From the NCBI GenBank assembly GCA_036444495.1, contig JAZGBC010000059.1, forward strand, positions 1 to 48,212: 48,212 nt of DNA, read 5' to 3'. Both the position numbers and the translations under genes were made by a program. This stretch comes from Kiloniellales bacterium. GTDB taxonomy: Bacteria; Pseudomonadota; Alphaproteobacteria; Kiloniellales; J153. Shown here piece by piece: positions 9,516 through 18,969 of this stretch. Position 1 is the first letter of the stretch, and every line of letters starts with the position of its first letter. The notes beneath the pieces were generated by a model. That model ran no database searches, was not told the DNA's origin, and worked only from the letters and a program-made list of their open reading frames with translations.

Positions 9516-10310
9516 CTATCGGGCCTGGAGGAGGCGCTGCTCCGCGCCCTCGAGCACGAGCGCGGTCAAGGGCCCGCCGTAGCAGGCGCCCGTATCGATG
9601 CCGATCCGGTTGGCCATGAGTTCGGGTTCATGGCTGGCCGAATGGCCATGCACCACGATCTTTCCGTGATCGGCCGGTGAGTTGAGGAAGGACTCGCGGA
9701 TCCATATCAGGTCCTGCGGACTCTGCTCCTCGAGCGGAATCCCCGGACGAACGCCGGCGTGGACGAAAAGGTAGTCGCCCTCCTCGTGGCTCAATTTCAG
9801 GCCGGAGAGGAAGGCCTTGTGCTCGCCGGGCACCAGCGCCGACAGCTCCGCCCGCAGCCAATCGACGGTATCGGGCGCCTCGCGCGCGGCCAGCGGGTCA
9901 ATCCCGTAGCTGCGCCAGGTCGCGTCCCCGCCGTTCATCATCGCCCAAAACATTGGATCCTTCATGGGTTCCGCCGCACCCTCCAGAAACCGGAGCATGA
10001 ATTGCTCGTGATTGCCCAGCAGATGGACGCTTTCGAAGCCGGGCAGCGGTTCCCCGAGCAAGAGGTCGATGACGCCGCGCGAATCCGGGCCCCGGTCGAT
10101 GTAATCGCCCAGATAGACCACGACCCGCCGCCGGCTCTTCGCCCGGCCTTCCTCGGCCCGCGCCGAATCTTCCAGTATCTTCCGGCGCAGCGCGCGCAGC
10201 TGATCGATGCAGCCATGAATGTCGCCAATGGCATAGGCCCGCACTCCCGTGGGAACGCGGGCCGCACTCTCGTCCTGGCGCTGGTCCCCGGAAACAGTGT
10301 CAAGGTCCAC
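9516..10310 (-). CDS. PPP-family metallophosphoesterase (PrpA/ApaH-like Ser/Thr phosphatase)
   Basis: Motifs GDIHGC, GDYIDRG, GNHE and VHGH. GTG start with GGAAGGA upstream. Confidence 0.8.
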   Translation of the reverse strand: MDLDTVSGDQRQDESAARVPTGVRAYAIGDIHGCIDQLRALRRKILEDSARAEEGRAKSRRRVVVYLGDYIDRGPDSRGVIDLLLGEPLPGFESVHLLGNHEQFMLRFLEGAAEPMKDPMFWAMMNGGDATWRSYGIDPLAAREAPDTVDWLRAELSALVPGEHKAFLSGLKLSHEEGDYLFVHAGVRPGIPLEEQSPQDLIWIRESFLNSPADHGKIVVHGHSASHEPELMANRIGIDTGACYGGPLTALVLEGAEQRLLQAR

Positions 10311-10404
10311 GGGAAATCCTTCCGGCTAATACCTAAAGGCGGCTTAGGGTAGTTTATCAGAGGAATCGCCCCCGGGCGCCAGGGGCAACGGAAACGAGAA
10401 AGGC

Positions 10405-11739
10405 TCAGTTTCCGAAGGGATCCGGGGTTTCTGGCCGGTCGATCGGCTGCCAGGTGGTCCGGCCGCCTTCGTCCAGGTGACACGCGAGCGCCTCGATCAC
10501 CTCCGGATCGTAGAGCACGCCCGCGTAGCGGCGCAGCTCGGCCAGCGCCTCGTCCACGCTCATGCCCGGACTGCCGGGGTGCCGCCCCATGAGCCCGAGA
10601 AAGCTGTTGGCCACCTTCAGTATGCGCGCACTCGGCAGGATCTCGGTGCCTGCCAGTCCCAGCGGCATGCCCCGGCCGTCGACCCGTTCCTCGAGCTGAC
10701 GCAGGGTGTCGGCCACCGGGCCATCCAGGTCCAGTCCGTGGAGCAGATCGATACTGGACTCCAGGCTGACGTGGGCCTGCCGGCACTCGGCGGGCGAGAG
10801 CCCCGCCTGGTGGGTCAGCATGACCTCGGGCACCAGCATCTTGCCGAGCGTAAGCAGATTGCCCGCGTTGCGCGCCGTCCGCCGCACGGCCGGCTCATCG
10901 CCCATGTCTTCGGCCAGCTGCTCGGCAAGCGCGCCAGCCCTTAGGGCATGATGTGCGGCATAAGGGTCCCGCTGGTCGACCGTGCCGGTCAAGGCCTCGA
11001 CTACCGCTTCGCGGGTCTCGGCGTGCCGCTTGCGCTCGGCCACCCGGAGGCTGACATCGCGTTCGATGACCAGCACGCCGAGCGGCAGTCCGGCCGCCGC
11101 GGCGAGGGGAACATGATCGGTCAGCAGCACGCGCTTCTGGTCATCCAGTTCCACCTCGATCCGCTGCTGCTGGGGCAGGCCGCTTTCGAGAGCGGCCAGA
11201 TTGGCCGTGCGCACGGCCGCCGCCTGCTCACCCGGCCAAAGGGCCTCGATGACCTGGCCGAGCATCTCGGCCGGCTCGTGCCCCGCCCGGCGGGCCGCGG
11301 TCTTGTTGGCGAAACGGCAGCGCCCTTCGGCGTCGATGATGGATATGCCAGTGGGTTGGGCGTCCACGATGCGCCGGAGCAAGGCCCGCTGCTGGCCCAG
11401 CGCCTCGCTGGTCTCGCACCAGAGCAATTCGATTTCGGCCAGCGCCCGCTCGTCCCGGCGGTGGCGAACCATCGAGGCGATCGCCATAACGGGGCCGAGG
11501 AACAGGGCGGCGAAGAGCGCCGCGGTCCCCACGAGGTCGAAAAGTTCGCGCTGGGAGACGACGGCGAAAAGCGTCACCACGACCACCCCCAGAATGGCCA
11601 CCACCGGCCAGTGCCGCGTTGGGGCGCTCGGGACCGGGGAGGCAGCTTCGCCAGAACCGGGCGTCGGGCTCATGGTTGCCGGATAACGCCGTCCCGGCTC
11701 TTCGAGAAGGTTGATAGGGGGCTGAATCGCCTCGGTCAC
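10405..11739 (-). CDS. Membrane-anchored PAS / degenerate HD-GYP domain protein
   Basis: Two N-terminal TM segments. PAS-like block (IVDAQPTGISIIDAEGRCRFANKTAARRAG). C-terminal HD-GYP-like block with EERVDGRGMPLGL in place of HHExxDGxGYPxGL and LTLGK in place of HDIGK. GTG start at 11739, alternative ATG at 11673. Confidence 0.7.
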   Translation of the reverse strand: MTEAIQPPINLLEEPGRRYPATMSPTPGSGEAASPVPSAPTRHWPVVAILGVVVVTLFAVVSQRELFDLVGTAALFAALFLGPVMAIASMVRHRRDERALAEIELLWCETSEALGQQRALLRRIVDAQPTGISIIDAEGRCRFANKTAARRAGHEPAEMLGQVIEALWPGEQAAAVRTANLAALESGLPQQQRIEVELDDQKRVLLTDHVPLAAAAGLPLGVLVIERDVSLRVAERKRHAETREAVVEALTGTVDQRDPYAAHHALRAGALAEQLAEDMGDEPAVRRTARNAGNLLTLGKMLVPEVMLTHQAGLSPAECRQAHVSLESSIDLLHGLDLDGPVADTLRQLEERVDGRGMPLGLAGTEILPSARILKVANSFLGLMGRHPGSPGMSVDEALAELRRYAGVLYDPEVIEALACHLDEGGRTTWQPIDRPETPDPFGN

Positions 11740-12015
11740 GTGATCGGTCCCTGCACTCGCCTTGGCCCTGGAAACCGCCTTGCGGGGATAGAGGCCTCGT
11801 CGGGCGGGTCAGGTCCATCATTCCGCTTTTGTCATTAAATTTGGCTTAAGCACGTTTCACCCGGCCCCACACCGCACCCCCGGCACGCGCATCGCGAGTG
11901 CCCGTGAACACCTTCCTAAACTCCTAAAATTCAGGGTTTTTCAACCACGAAACCGCACACTGGGCGCGCGGAGGCGGCTGTCCGCCGCCTTCGGGAAGAG
12001 GTCATCGGCAAGGTC

Positions 12016-13302
12016 ATGAAGCCAAGCGCCCAGCCGGCGCCGATCAGTCAGGAAGTCGCCTTTCTTGACTATGTCGAGCGCCTGAAGAAATTCACCTCAG
12101 GACGCCGCGCCGTGCTTGTGCGGCTCTCCGCGCTGCGCCCATACAACCGGCGTGACCACCACCTGCGCATCGCCGTCACAACCTTCGAACATCTGATCAA
12201 GGCCTTCGAGGGCACTGTCTTCCGGCTGTTCGACGATGACCTGGTGGTGATCTGCAACGGCGCCACGGTCGCCGATATGGACGAGGCGGTGCTTCACCTG
12301 CGCTACCTGTTCAGCGACGATCCCCTGCTCAAGTACGACGAGGACGGCCGCAAGCCCTTTTGCGAGTGGTATGACCTGGAGAAGGACTATGGCAAGTTCC
12401 TGCACGTGGCGCGGGAGACCTTGGACCGGTGCGAGCGGCAAGAGGCCGAGGAGACCATGCCGGAACTCATTGAGGACTCGCAGGACTCGCAGCCCAGCCA
12501 CCCGCTCGATCCACATAATCTGGCGGTGATCGAGACCGCCATCGCCCAGGCCGACCTCTCCACCATGATCCGGCAGCAGTCGATCTGCGCCATGACCTCC
12601 GACCGCAAGCCCGAGGCGGTTTACTCCGAGATCTACACCTCCATCGAGTCACTGCGGCGCACTTTGATGCCGACCATCAACCTCTACGCCAACCCCTGGC
12701 TGTTCCAGGACCTGACCCAGCATCTCGACCGGCGGGTGCTCAATTACCTGTCCCACGTGGACCGGAATGTGCTCGCCAAACCCTTCAGCCTGAACCTCAA
12801 TATCTCCACCCTGATCTCACCGCACTTCCTGGATTTCGACGATGTGCTGAACAAGCAGGCGCGCAGGGGAATCGTGATCGAACTTCAGCTCATCGACATC
12901 TATGCGGACCTGGCGAACTTTCTTTTCGCCCGCGACTTCCTGCGCGAGCGCGGCTACAGATTCTGCCTCGACGGCATGTCCCACTTCTCCTTGCCGCTCA
13001 TCGACCGCGAGAAGCTGGGGGTGGACCTGGTCAAGCTGTTCTGGAGCGCCGACCTGGGCGATCAGCTGGACGGCCCACGCGGGGAGTTCTTGCGCGAGGC
13101 CGCGCGCAAGGTGGGCTGCGAGCGGATCATCCTGGCCCGCTGTGATTCGGAGCACGCGCTGGAGTTCGGCCAGTCGCTCGGCATCACGCTCTATCAGGGG
13201 CATCTGCTGGACCACATGCTGACCGAGGGCGTGAGCCGCGACGAATCAGCCCGCGCCCTGTCCGACGCCCTGGCGCGCCACCGGGTGGCCAGCCGCAGCT
13301 GA
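12016..13302 (+). CDS. Degenerate EAL-domain protein (probable non-catalytic c-di-GMP-related protein)
   Basis: The C-terminal half aligns by eye to EAL landmarks, with catalytic motifs altered: SLNLNIS (N loop), VIELQ for EITE, LDGMSHFS for DDFGTGYS, DLVKLF for xxxKID, ARCDSE for AEGVE. YQGHLL is retained. Confidence 0.65.
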   Translation: MKPSAQPAPISQEVAFLDYVERLKKFTSGRRAVLVRLSALRPYNRRDHHLRIAVTTFEHLIKAFEGTVFRLFDDDLVVICNGATVADMDEAVLHLRYLFSDDPLLKYDEDGRKPFCEWYDLEKDYGKFLHVARETLDRCERQEAEETMPELIEDSQDSQPSHPLDPHNLAVIETAIAQADLSTMIRQQSICAMTSDRKPEAVYSEIYTSIESLRRTLMPTINLYANPWLFQDLTQHLDRRVLNYLSHVDRNVLAKPFSLNLNISTLISPHFLDFDDVLNKQARRGIVIELQLIDIYADLANFLFARDFLRERGYRFCLDGMSHFSLPLIDREKLGVDLVKLFWSADLGDQLDGPRGEFLREAARKVGCERIILARCDSEHALEFGQSLGITLYQGHLLDHMLTEGVSRDESARALSDALARHRVASRS

Positions 13303-13323
13303 TCCTTATTCTTTCAAGGAAAA

Positions 13324-14349
13324 TTAGGCCGGTCCACTGACCTCGGCCTCGGCGAAGGTCGCCATGCCGCCATGGCAAGCGCAGGCCGCCTTGAGCAGGG
13401 GAATCGCCAGCACCGCGCCCGAGGCCTCGCCCAGGCGCATGTCGAAATCGAACAACGCACGCTTATCCAGCCGTTCGAGCAGGCGCTTATGGCCCGGCTC
13501 GACCGAGACATGGGCGACCAGGCAATGACCGAGCGCACCGCCATCCATGGCGTGAAGCACCGCTGCCGCGGCGGTACAGGCGTAGCCGTCCAGGATCACC
13601 GGCGCGCGCGCCAAGCGCGCCGCGATCACCGCGCCCAGGATCGCCGCCAACTCGAAGCCGCCCAGATGGCGCAGCACCTCCAGCGGATCGCCGAGGGCCG
13701 CGCGGTGCTTTTCCACCGCCGCCTCGATGAGGTTGGTCTTCTGCGCCAGGCGCGCATCGTCGATGCCGGTGCCGCGCCCGGTCCAGTCGGTCGCCTGACC
13801 GCCGAACAGGGCAAGGCAGAGGGCCGCCGCGCTGCTCGTGTTGCCGATGCCCATCTCGCCCAGCGCCAGCAGGTCGATTCCCTCCTCCACCGCCATCATG
13901 CCGTAGGCGATGGCCCGGGCGCAGCCTTCCTCCTCCATGGCCGGGCCTTCGCTGAAATCGCGCGTGGGGTCGTCCAGCCCCATCTCGTGGACGCGCAATT
14001 CCGCGCCCGCCACGGCGCAAAGCTGATTGACCGCGGCCCCGCCCTCGATGAAGTTCCGGACCATCTGTTTGGTGACGTCGGCGGGATAGGCCGAGACTCC
14101 CTTGGCCGCGATGCCGTGGTTGCCGGCGAAGACGGCCGCGTGCGGCCGCTCGATGCGCGGGGGATGACGCGCTTGCCAGGTGGCCAGCCATTCGGCCAGC
14201 GATTCCAGGCGGCCCAGGGCGCCGGCCGGCTTGGTGAGCTGGGACTCCCGTGCCTTGGCCGCGGCGGCGGCGTCCGGGTCCGGGCCCGGCAGCTCGGCAA
14301 TCAGTGCGCGCACCTCGTCCAATGTGGCCAGCGGCCGGTCCTGGGACAT
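13324..14349 (-). CDS. cobT: Nicotinate-nucleotide--dimethylbenzimidazole phosphoribosyltransferase
   Basis: Motifs LTKPAGALGRLE and GEMGIGNTSSAAAL. Full-length at 341 aa. Confidence 0.9.
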   Translation of the reverse strand: MSQDRPLATLDEVRALIAELPGPDPDAAAAAKARESQLTKPAGALGRLESLAEWLATWQARHPPRIERPHAAVFAGNHGIAAKGVSAYPADVTKQMVRNFIEGGAAVNQLCAVAGAELRVHEMGLDDPTRDFSEGPAMEEEGCARAIAYGMMAVEEGIDLLALGEMGIGNTSSAAALCLALFGGQATDWTGRGTGIDDARLAQKTNLIEAAVEKHRAALGDPLEVLRHLGGFELAAILGAVIAARLARAPVILDGYACTAAAAVLHAMDGGALGHCLVAHVSVEPGHKRLLERLDKRALFDFDMRLGEASGAVLAIPLLKAACACHGGMATFAEAEVSGPA

Positions 14350-14462
14350 GATCTTGAACCCTCCCCGATGCCGGGCACGGCCGGCGTTTCCTCATGCGGT
14401 TTTCGCAGGGGCGCAACTGTCCTATAAACGGCCCGGGAAAACCACAGGAAACAGGCTGCGCG

Positions 14463-15254
14463 ATGCGGCCCGGCACCCGCACGATGGATTCTTTGGATAA
14501 GCTGACGCCCTGGTGGCGCGATCTTAAGGTCGCCCTCGGCACCTTGACGCGCCTGCCGCTCGGTCCCGCGGACGAGCAGGAAGAGGGTGACCTCGCCCGC
14601 GCCACCCGGACCTATCCCCTGGCCGGAGTCCTGATCGGACTGACCGGGGCGGCGGCCTTCTGGCTCTGTGATAGGCTGGCCTTGCCCTCGCTGGCCTGCG
14701 GCCTGATCGCCGTCGGGGTGACCGCGCTGATTACCGGTGCGCTGCACGAGGACGGCCTGAGCGATACGGCCGATGGTTTCGCCGGGGCCTTCGAGCGCGA
14801 ACGGAAACTGGAGATCATGCGCGACAGCCGGACCGGCGTCTTCGGCGTGCTGGCGCTGTTGCTCTCGGTGGGGCTGCGCGCCTCGGCGCTGGCCGAGATC
14901 GCCGAGCCCGGCCTGGTGGCCTTGGCGCTTATCGCCGCCCATTGCGCGGCGCGCGCGGCGCTTCCCGTCATCATGCGGCAGTTGCCGCTGGCACGCCCCG
15001 ACGGCCTGGCCGCCGAGGTGGGCCGGCCAGAAGCAGGCCACGCCGGGGCGGCGGCCGGGATCGCGGCCGTCGTGGCCTGGCTGACGCTTGGCTTTGGAAC
15101 CGGACTGCTGGTGCTGGTGGTCGGCGGCCTGGCGGCTGGCGCCCTGGCGTTTATCGCGCGGGCCCAGATCGGCGGCTATACGGGCGACGTCCTGGGCGCC
15201 AGCGAACAGGCGGCGGAGACGGCGATCCTGCTCGCCGTGGCGGCCGCGTTATGA
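14463..15254 (+). CDS. cobS: Adenosylcobinamide-GDP ribazoletransferase (cobalamin synthase)
   Basis: Polytopic membrane protein with CobS-like blocks (LTRLPL, HEDGLSDTADG, GGYTGDVLGA). ATG 14463 lies in frame within track ORF 14394..15254. Confidence 0.85.
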   Translation: MRPGTRTMDSLDKLTPWWRDLKVALGTLTRLPLGPADEQEEGDLARATRTYPLAGVLIGLTGAAAFWLCDRLALPSLACGLIAVGVTALITGALHEDGLSDTADGFAGAFERERKLEIMRDSRTGVFGVLALLLSVGLRASALAEIAEPGLVALALIAAHCAARAALPVIMRQLPLARPDGLAAEVGRPEAGHAGAAAGIAAVVAWLTLGFGTGLLVLVVGGLAAGALAFIARAQIGGYTGDVLGASEQAAETAILLAVAAAL

Positions 15255-15916
15255 ACAAGCCCCAGGGCACCACGACCCGCTGGTGGTGGATCCGCCATGC
15301 GCCCGTGATCAACCACGGCGGGCGCATCTATGGCCAGGACGATCCCGACTGCGACTGTTCCCATACGGCCACGACAAGCGCGCTGGCCGGACTCCTGCCG
15401 GCGGGTGCGGTCTGGCTAACCAGCCACCTCTCGCGCACGCAACTGACGGCCCAAGCCATCATCGCTCACCTGCCCGACGGCACGGCACCCGTCCCGCGCG
15501 CCGAGCCGGAACTGGCCGAGCAGCATTTCGGGGCTTGGCAGGGGCTGACCAACGAGGAGTTGGAGGCGCGCCGGGATGGGGACTGGCATCGTTTCTGGCT
15601 GGCCCCGGCCACGGAAGCCCCGCCCGGCGGGGAAAGCTTCGCCGACGTGGTCGAGCGGGTCTCGGCCACGGTCCAGCGCCTCTCGGCCGAGCACGCGGGC
15701 CGGGACATCGTCGCGATCAGCCACGGCGGCACGATCCGCGCGGCCTTGGCCCTGGCGCTCGGCATCGATGCGGAGCGGGCGCTTGCCTTCGCCATCGACA
15801 ACTATGCGCTTACGCGCCTGGACCACATCACCGGCGCCCCGGGCAGCCATGCGCCCCAGGTGGACGGCGTCTGGCGCGTCTGTCAGGTCAACCACGCGCC
15901 GACGCGACGGGACTGA
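15251..15916 (+). CDS. cobC: Histidine phosphatase family protein, probable alpha-ribazole phosphatase
   Basis: RHAP motif (WWIRHAPV), later SHGGTIRA. ATG 15251 overlaps the cobS stop (ATGA). Context is cobT/cobS. Confidence 0.75.
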   Translation: MNKPQGTTTRWWWIRHAPVINHGGRIYGQDDPDCDCSHTATTSALAGLLPAGAVWLTSHLSRTQLTAQAIIAHLPDGTAPVPRAEPELAEQHFGAWQGLTNEELEARRDGDWHRFWLAPATEAPPGGESFADVVERVSATVQRLSAEHAGRDIVAISHGGTIRAALALALGIDAERALAFAIDNYALTRLDHITGAPGSHAPQVDGVWRVCQVNHAPTRRD

Positions 15917-16032
15917 TACCAAGTCTCGCCAAGCCCCCCGCCCGTGATAGAATCCGTAAACGAATCCGATTCGTGCGCCCCGCGGGGGAACCCCCTGGGT
16001 TCGCGTGGCAACCAGCGAACGGAGAAGCTTCC

Positions 16033-16734
16033 ATGACGAGACTCATGCCTAAACGCGCGGCGGGACAGCGGCTCGGCCTTCTGGTCCTGCTGGCGCTTAG
16101 CCTCTTGCTCATCACACTGGCCCGGCCGGCCGCTGCAGCAAGCACGGCCGAGGAGTTGGTCGAGGAGTCGCGCTTTTCCATCGAGCGCATGCTGAACGAT
16201 CAGGTCATATCCGAACTCAGGAGCTATGTGGAGCGGGCCCGCGGTGTCCTGATCATCCCGGAGCTGGTCAAGGGCGGGTTCATCATCGGCGCCGAGGCAG
16301 GCTCGGGCGTCCTGATGGTGCGCGGTTCCGACGGCAGTTGGAGCGCGCCGGCCTTCTATACCCTCGCCGCCGGCAGCATCGGCTTCCAGATCGGCGGACA
16401 GGTTTCGGAGGTGGTCTTCACGCTCATGAACGAGGGCGCGGTCGAGGCCCTGCTCGGCAACGAGTTCAAGCTGGGCGCGGACGCCTCGGTGGCGCTCGGC
16501 CCCTATGGCAAAGGGGTGGAGGTCTCGACCACCACCAATCTGGGCGAGGATATCTATGCCTTCTCGCGCGCGGTGGGGCTGTTCGGCGGCGGCGCGCTGG
16601 AGGGCGCCAAGATCTTCAGCCGGGACGCGTTGAACGAGGCGTACTACGGCAACGAGGCCCCGCCCCGGGCCGTGGTGCTGGAGCGGCGCTTCTTCAACTC
16701 CCACGCCGACAAGCTGCGCCAGGCCCTGCCGTAG
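16033..16734 (+). CDS. SYLF (Ysc84-like, DUF500) lipid-binding domain protein, exported
   Basis: Signal peptide [49 protein letters not shown]...GSIGFQIGGQ...ADASVALGP pattern. In frame within track ORF 15088..16734. Confidence 0.7.
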   Translation: MTRLMPKRAAGQRLGLLVLLALSLLLITLARPAAAASTAEELVEESRFSIERMLNDQVISELRSYVERARGVLIIPELVKGGFIIGAEAGSGVLMVRGSDGSWSAPAFYTLAAGSIGFQIGGQVSEVVFTLMNEGAVEALLGNEFKLGADASVALGPYGKGVEVSTTTNLGEDIYAFSRAVGLFGGGALEGAKIFSRDALNEAYYGNEAPPRAVVLERRFFNSHADKLRQALP

Positions 16735-16810
16735 GCGCGCGCCCCGGCCCCGGCTTTTCACGGCGGGCGCGAGCGGCTATAGAGGGCGGCCCAGACAAGG
16801 GAGGCCCGCG

Positions 16811-17731
16811 ATGGCCGAGCCCACGACCGCCCGCCCGCGCGGGGTCTTCGCCGCCGCGCTGACCCCGCTCAAGGACGATCTCAGCCCCGATCCCGAGGCG
16901 GTGATCCGCCATTACCGCTGGCTGCTCCATGAGGGCTGCGACGGCATCGTGTGCCTGGGCACGACCGGGGAGGCCAACTCCTTCACCCTGGACGAGCGCC
17001 TGGGCCTGCTGGACGCCCTGGCCGAAACGGACTTGCCGGAGAAGCTCGTCGTCGGCACCGGCTGCTGCGCGGTGCCCGATACTGTGCGCCTGTCGAAGAA
17101 AGCCATGGAGATCGGCGCGGCCGGGGTCTTGGTATTGCCGCCGTTCTACTACAAGGGCGTCAACGACGAGGGCCTCTACGCGGCCTATGCCGAGACCATC
17201 GAGCGCATCGGCGACCCGGCGCTCAAACTCTACATCTACCATTTCCCCAAGATGACCGCGCTCGACATGAGCCTCGAGTTGATCGGGCGCCTGATCGCGG
17301 CCTATCCGGACAACGTGGTCGGGCTCAAGAACTCTTCCGGCGATTGGGGCAACATCTCCGCCATGATCGAGACTTTCCCCGGCTTCGACGTTTTCGCCGG
17401 CTCGGAGGAGTTTCTGCTCCCCACCCTGCGCCTGGGCGGGCCGGGCTGCATGTCGGCCACGGTCAACCTACTGGCCCCGCAGTCGGCGGAACTCTATGCG
17501 AAATGGCGGGACGCAGAGGCCGATGCGCTGCAGGAACGCCTGACCGCCCTGCGCCTGACCATCAGCAAGTACCCGCCCATTCCGGCGATGAAGGGCCTGC
17601 TGGCGCGCCAAAGCGGCCAGGCGGCCTGGGCCAAGGTGCGGCCGCCGCTGGTCGCCCTCGACGCCGCCCAGATCGAGCGCCTCGCCGCCGATCTCGCGGC
17701 CATGGGCCTGGATCTCCCCGCCGCGGCGTAG
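16811..17731 (+). CDS. Dihydrodipicolinate synthase/N-acetylneuraminate lyase family protein
   Basis: GTTGE motif (CLGTTGEANSF), YHFP, and Schiff-base Lys context GLKNSSGD. Substrate unknown. Confidence 0.8.
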   Translation: MAEPTTARPRGVFAAALTPLKDDLSPDPEAVIRHYRWLLHEGCDGIVCLGTTGEANSFTLDERLGLLDALAETDLPEKLVVGTGCCAVPDTVRLSKKAMEIGAAGVLVLPPFYYKGVNDEGLYAAYAETIERIGDPALKLYIYHFPKMTALDMSLELIGRLIAAYPDNVVGLKNSSGDWGNISAMIETFPGFDVFAGSEEFLLPTLRLGGPGCMSATVNLLAPQSAELYAKWRDAEADALQERLTALRLTISKYPPIPAMKGLLARQSGQAAWAKVRPPLVALDAAQIERLAADLAAMGLDLPAAA

Positions 17732-17761
17732 TACCGAGTCTCGTCGATATGGAGCCATTTC

Positions 17762-18073
17762 ATGGCGCTGAACCGTAAGGCCCTGGCCGCCTCTTTCTCA
17801 GTCTACCTGTTGCCCATCTTCACGATTCACTATGTCTATTTTTGGGGCTGGGGGATCGTTTCCGAGGTTTTCGCCGGCACGCACTACCGCACGCCCCTGT
17901 GGCTCGCCGGAGATGCGGTACTCGCGCTGGCGTTCCAAGCCGCTGTCTATTTTCTATTTATTTGGATGTTTTCGGGCCGCTGGTGGCGTTGGCTTTTGCT
18001 GCCGCCCGCGGCGGGGGCATCCTGGGTGGTGCTGAACTTGGCCTACACATTCGTGCTGCAGACGCATTTATGA
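17762..18073 (+). CDS. Small hypothetical membrane protein
   Basis: 103-aa ORF with three hydrophobic segments. ATG start 31 nt after the upstream stop. No family recognised. Confidence 0.45.
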   Translation: MALNRKALAASFSVYLLPIFTIHYVYFWGWGIVSEVFAGTHYRTPLWLAGDAVLALAFQAAVYFLFIWMFSGRWWRWLLLPPAAGASWVVLNLAYTFVLQTHL

Positions 18074-18131
18074 TCGCCGCCCAAACCGCCCCGGAGCCCC
18101 CCACCGCGGCCTGACGCGATACAGGTTCCGC

Positions 18132-18938
18132 TCACTCCGCTTTCGTGTAGCGCGCCTGCCCGGGCGGCAGGCGGCTGTCGTCCATAAAATCGTGATGGTG
18201 GACCACGGTCACGCCGTCCCCGATCAGGATCACGTTGTAGGCCGGCGGCGCCAGGTCGTAGGGCACGGGCTCGACCGTGACGAAATCGAGCGGCACCTGA
18301 TGCACCAGCGAGCGCAGGCAGGAATAGGGTATGCCCCGCCAGGAGCCGCTTATGGGCCGGTGCACGTGGCCGAAGAAGAGATGCTGGATGTTCGCCGCCC
18401 CATCCAGCGCGGCGGCAAATCCCGCCTTGTCCAGGAGCCCGATGCGGTCCAGGGAGGGAATCCCGATATCGAACGGCGGGTGGTGCATGAAGAGGTAGAC
18501 GGGGCGGCCGGCGGCCTCGTTTAGGCGCGCGCGCAGCCAGTCCTGGCGCTGGGCGCAGAAGCGCCCGGCGTGGATGCCCGGCTCGTGGGTGTCCAGCAGG
18601 ATCAGATCGCAGGCGGCGTTGGAGACCACCGACTGCACGAAACCGCCCTCATCGCGCGGGGCCTCGGGAAAGGCGCGGAGGAAGTTGTCCCGGTCGTCGT
18701 GGTTGCCGATCAGGAGCCGGCAGGGAATGCGCAAGGCCGTGAGCGCCTGGCGCAGGGACTCGTAGGATTCCGGCGCGCCCCCATCGGCCAGATCCCCCGT
18801 GAAGAGGCAAATCTCCGCATCGCCGTGATTCTCGTTGATGTCGGCGATGGCGGCTTCGAGCCGCGCGCGGGGATCGAGGCCAAAGAGACGCTGGCCCGGG
18901 GGGATGAAATGCAGATCGGAGACCTGGATAAGCTTCAT
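18132..18938 (-). CDS. Calcineurin-like metallophosphodiesterase (GpdQ/CpdA-like)
   Basis: Motifs SDLHF, GDLAD, GNHDD, MHHPP and GHVH. Lies 31 nt downstream of ugpC on the same strand. Confidence 0.8.
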   Translation of the reverse strand: MKLIQVSDLHFIPPGQRLFGLDPRARLEAAIADINENHGDAEICLFTGDLADGGAPESYESLRQALTALRIPCRLLIGNHDDRDNFLRAFPEAPRDEGGFVQSVVSNAACDLILLDTHEPGIHAGRFCAQRQDWLRARLNEAAGRPVYLFMHHPPFDIGIPSLDRIGLLDKAGFAAALDGAANIQHLFFGHVHRPISGSWRGIPYSCLRSLVHQVPLDFVTVEPVPYDLAPPAYNVILIGDGVTVVHHHDFMDDSRLPPGQARYTKAE

Positions 18939-18969
18939 CGAGGGCGCGCTCCCTGCGACGGCCGGCGGT

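Noticed and set aside
14350-14462. Possible cobalamin riboswitch in the cobT/cobS divergent spacer.
   Set aside because: The spacer is only about 110 bp, and I could not see a B12-box-like conserved core. It is too short for a typical cobalamin riboswitch plus expression platform.
17729-17738. A third gene (DHDPS-family) ends in TAG-TACCGAG, reminiscent of the TAG-TACCC junctions at the ubiE and mutM stops.
   Set aside because: Only 7 nt match, and no inverted GGGTACT partner follows (just a tiny CGAG-T-CTCG palindrome). It is recorded as a hint about target preference, not called as an element.
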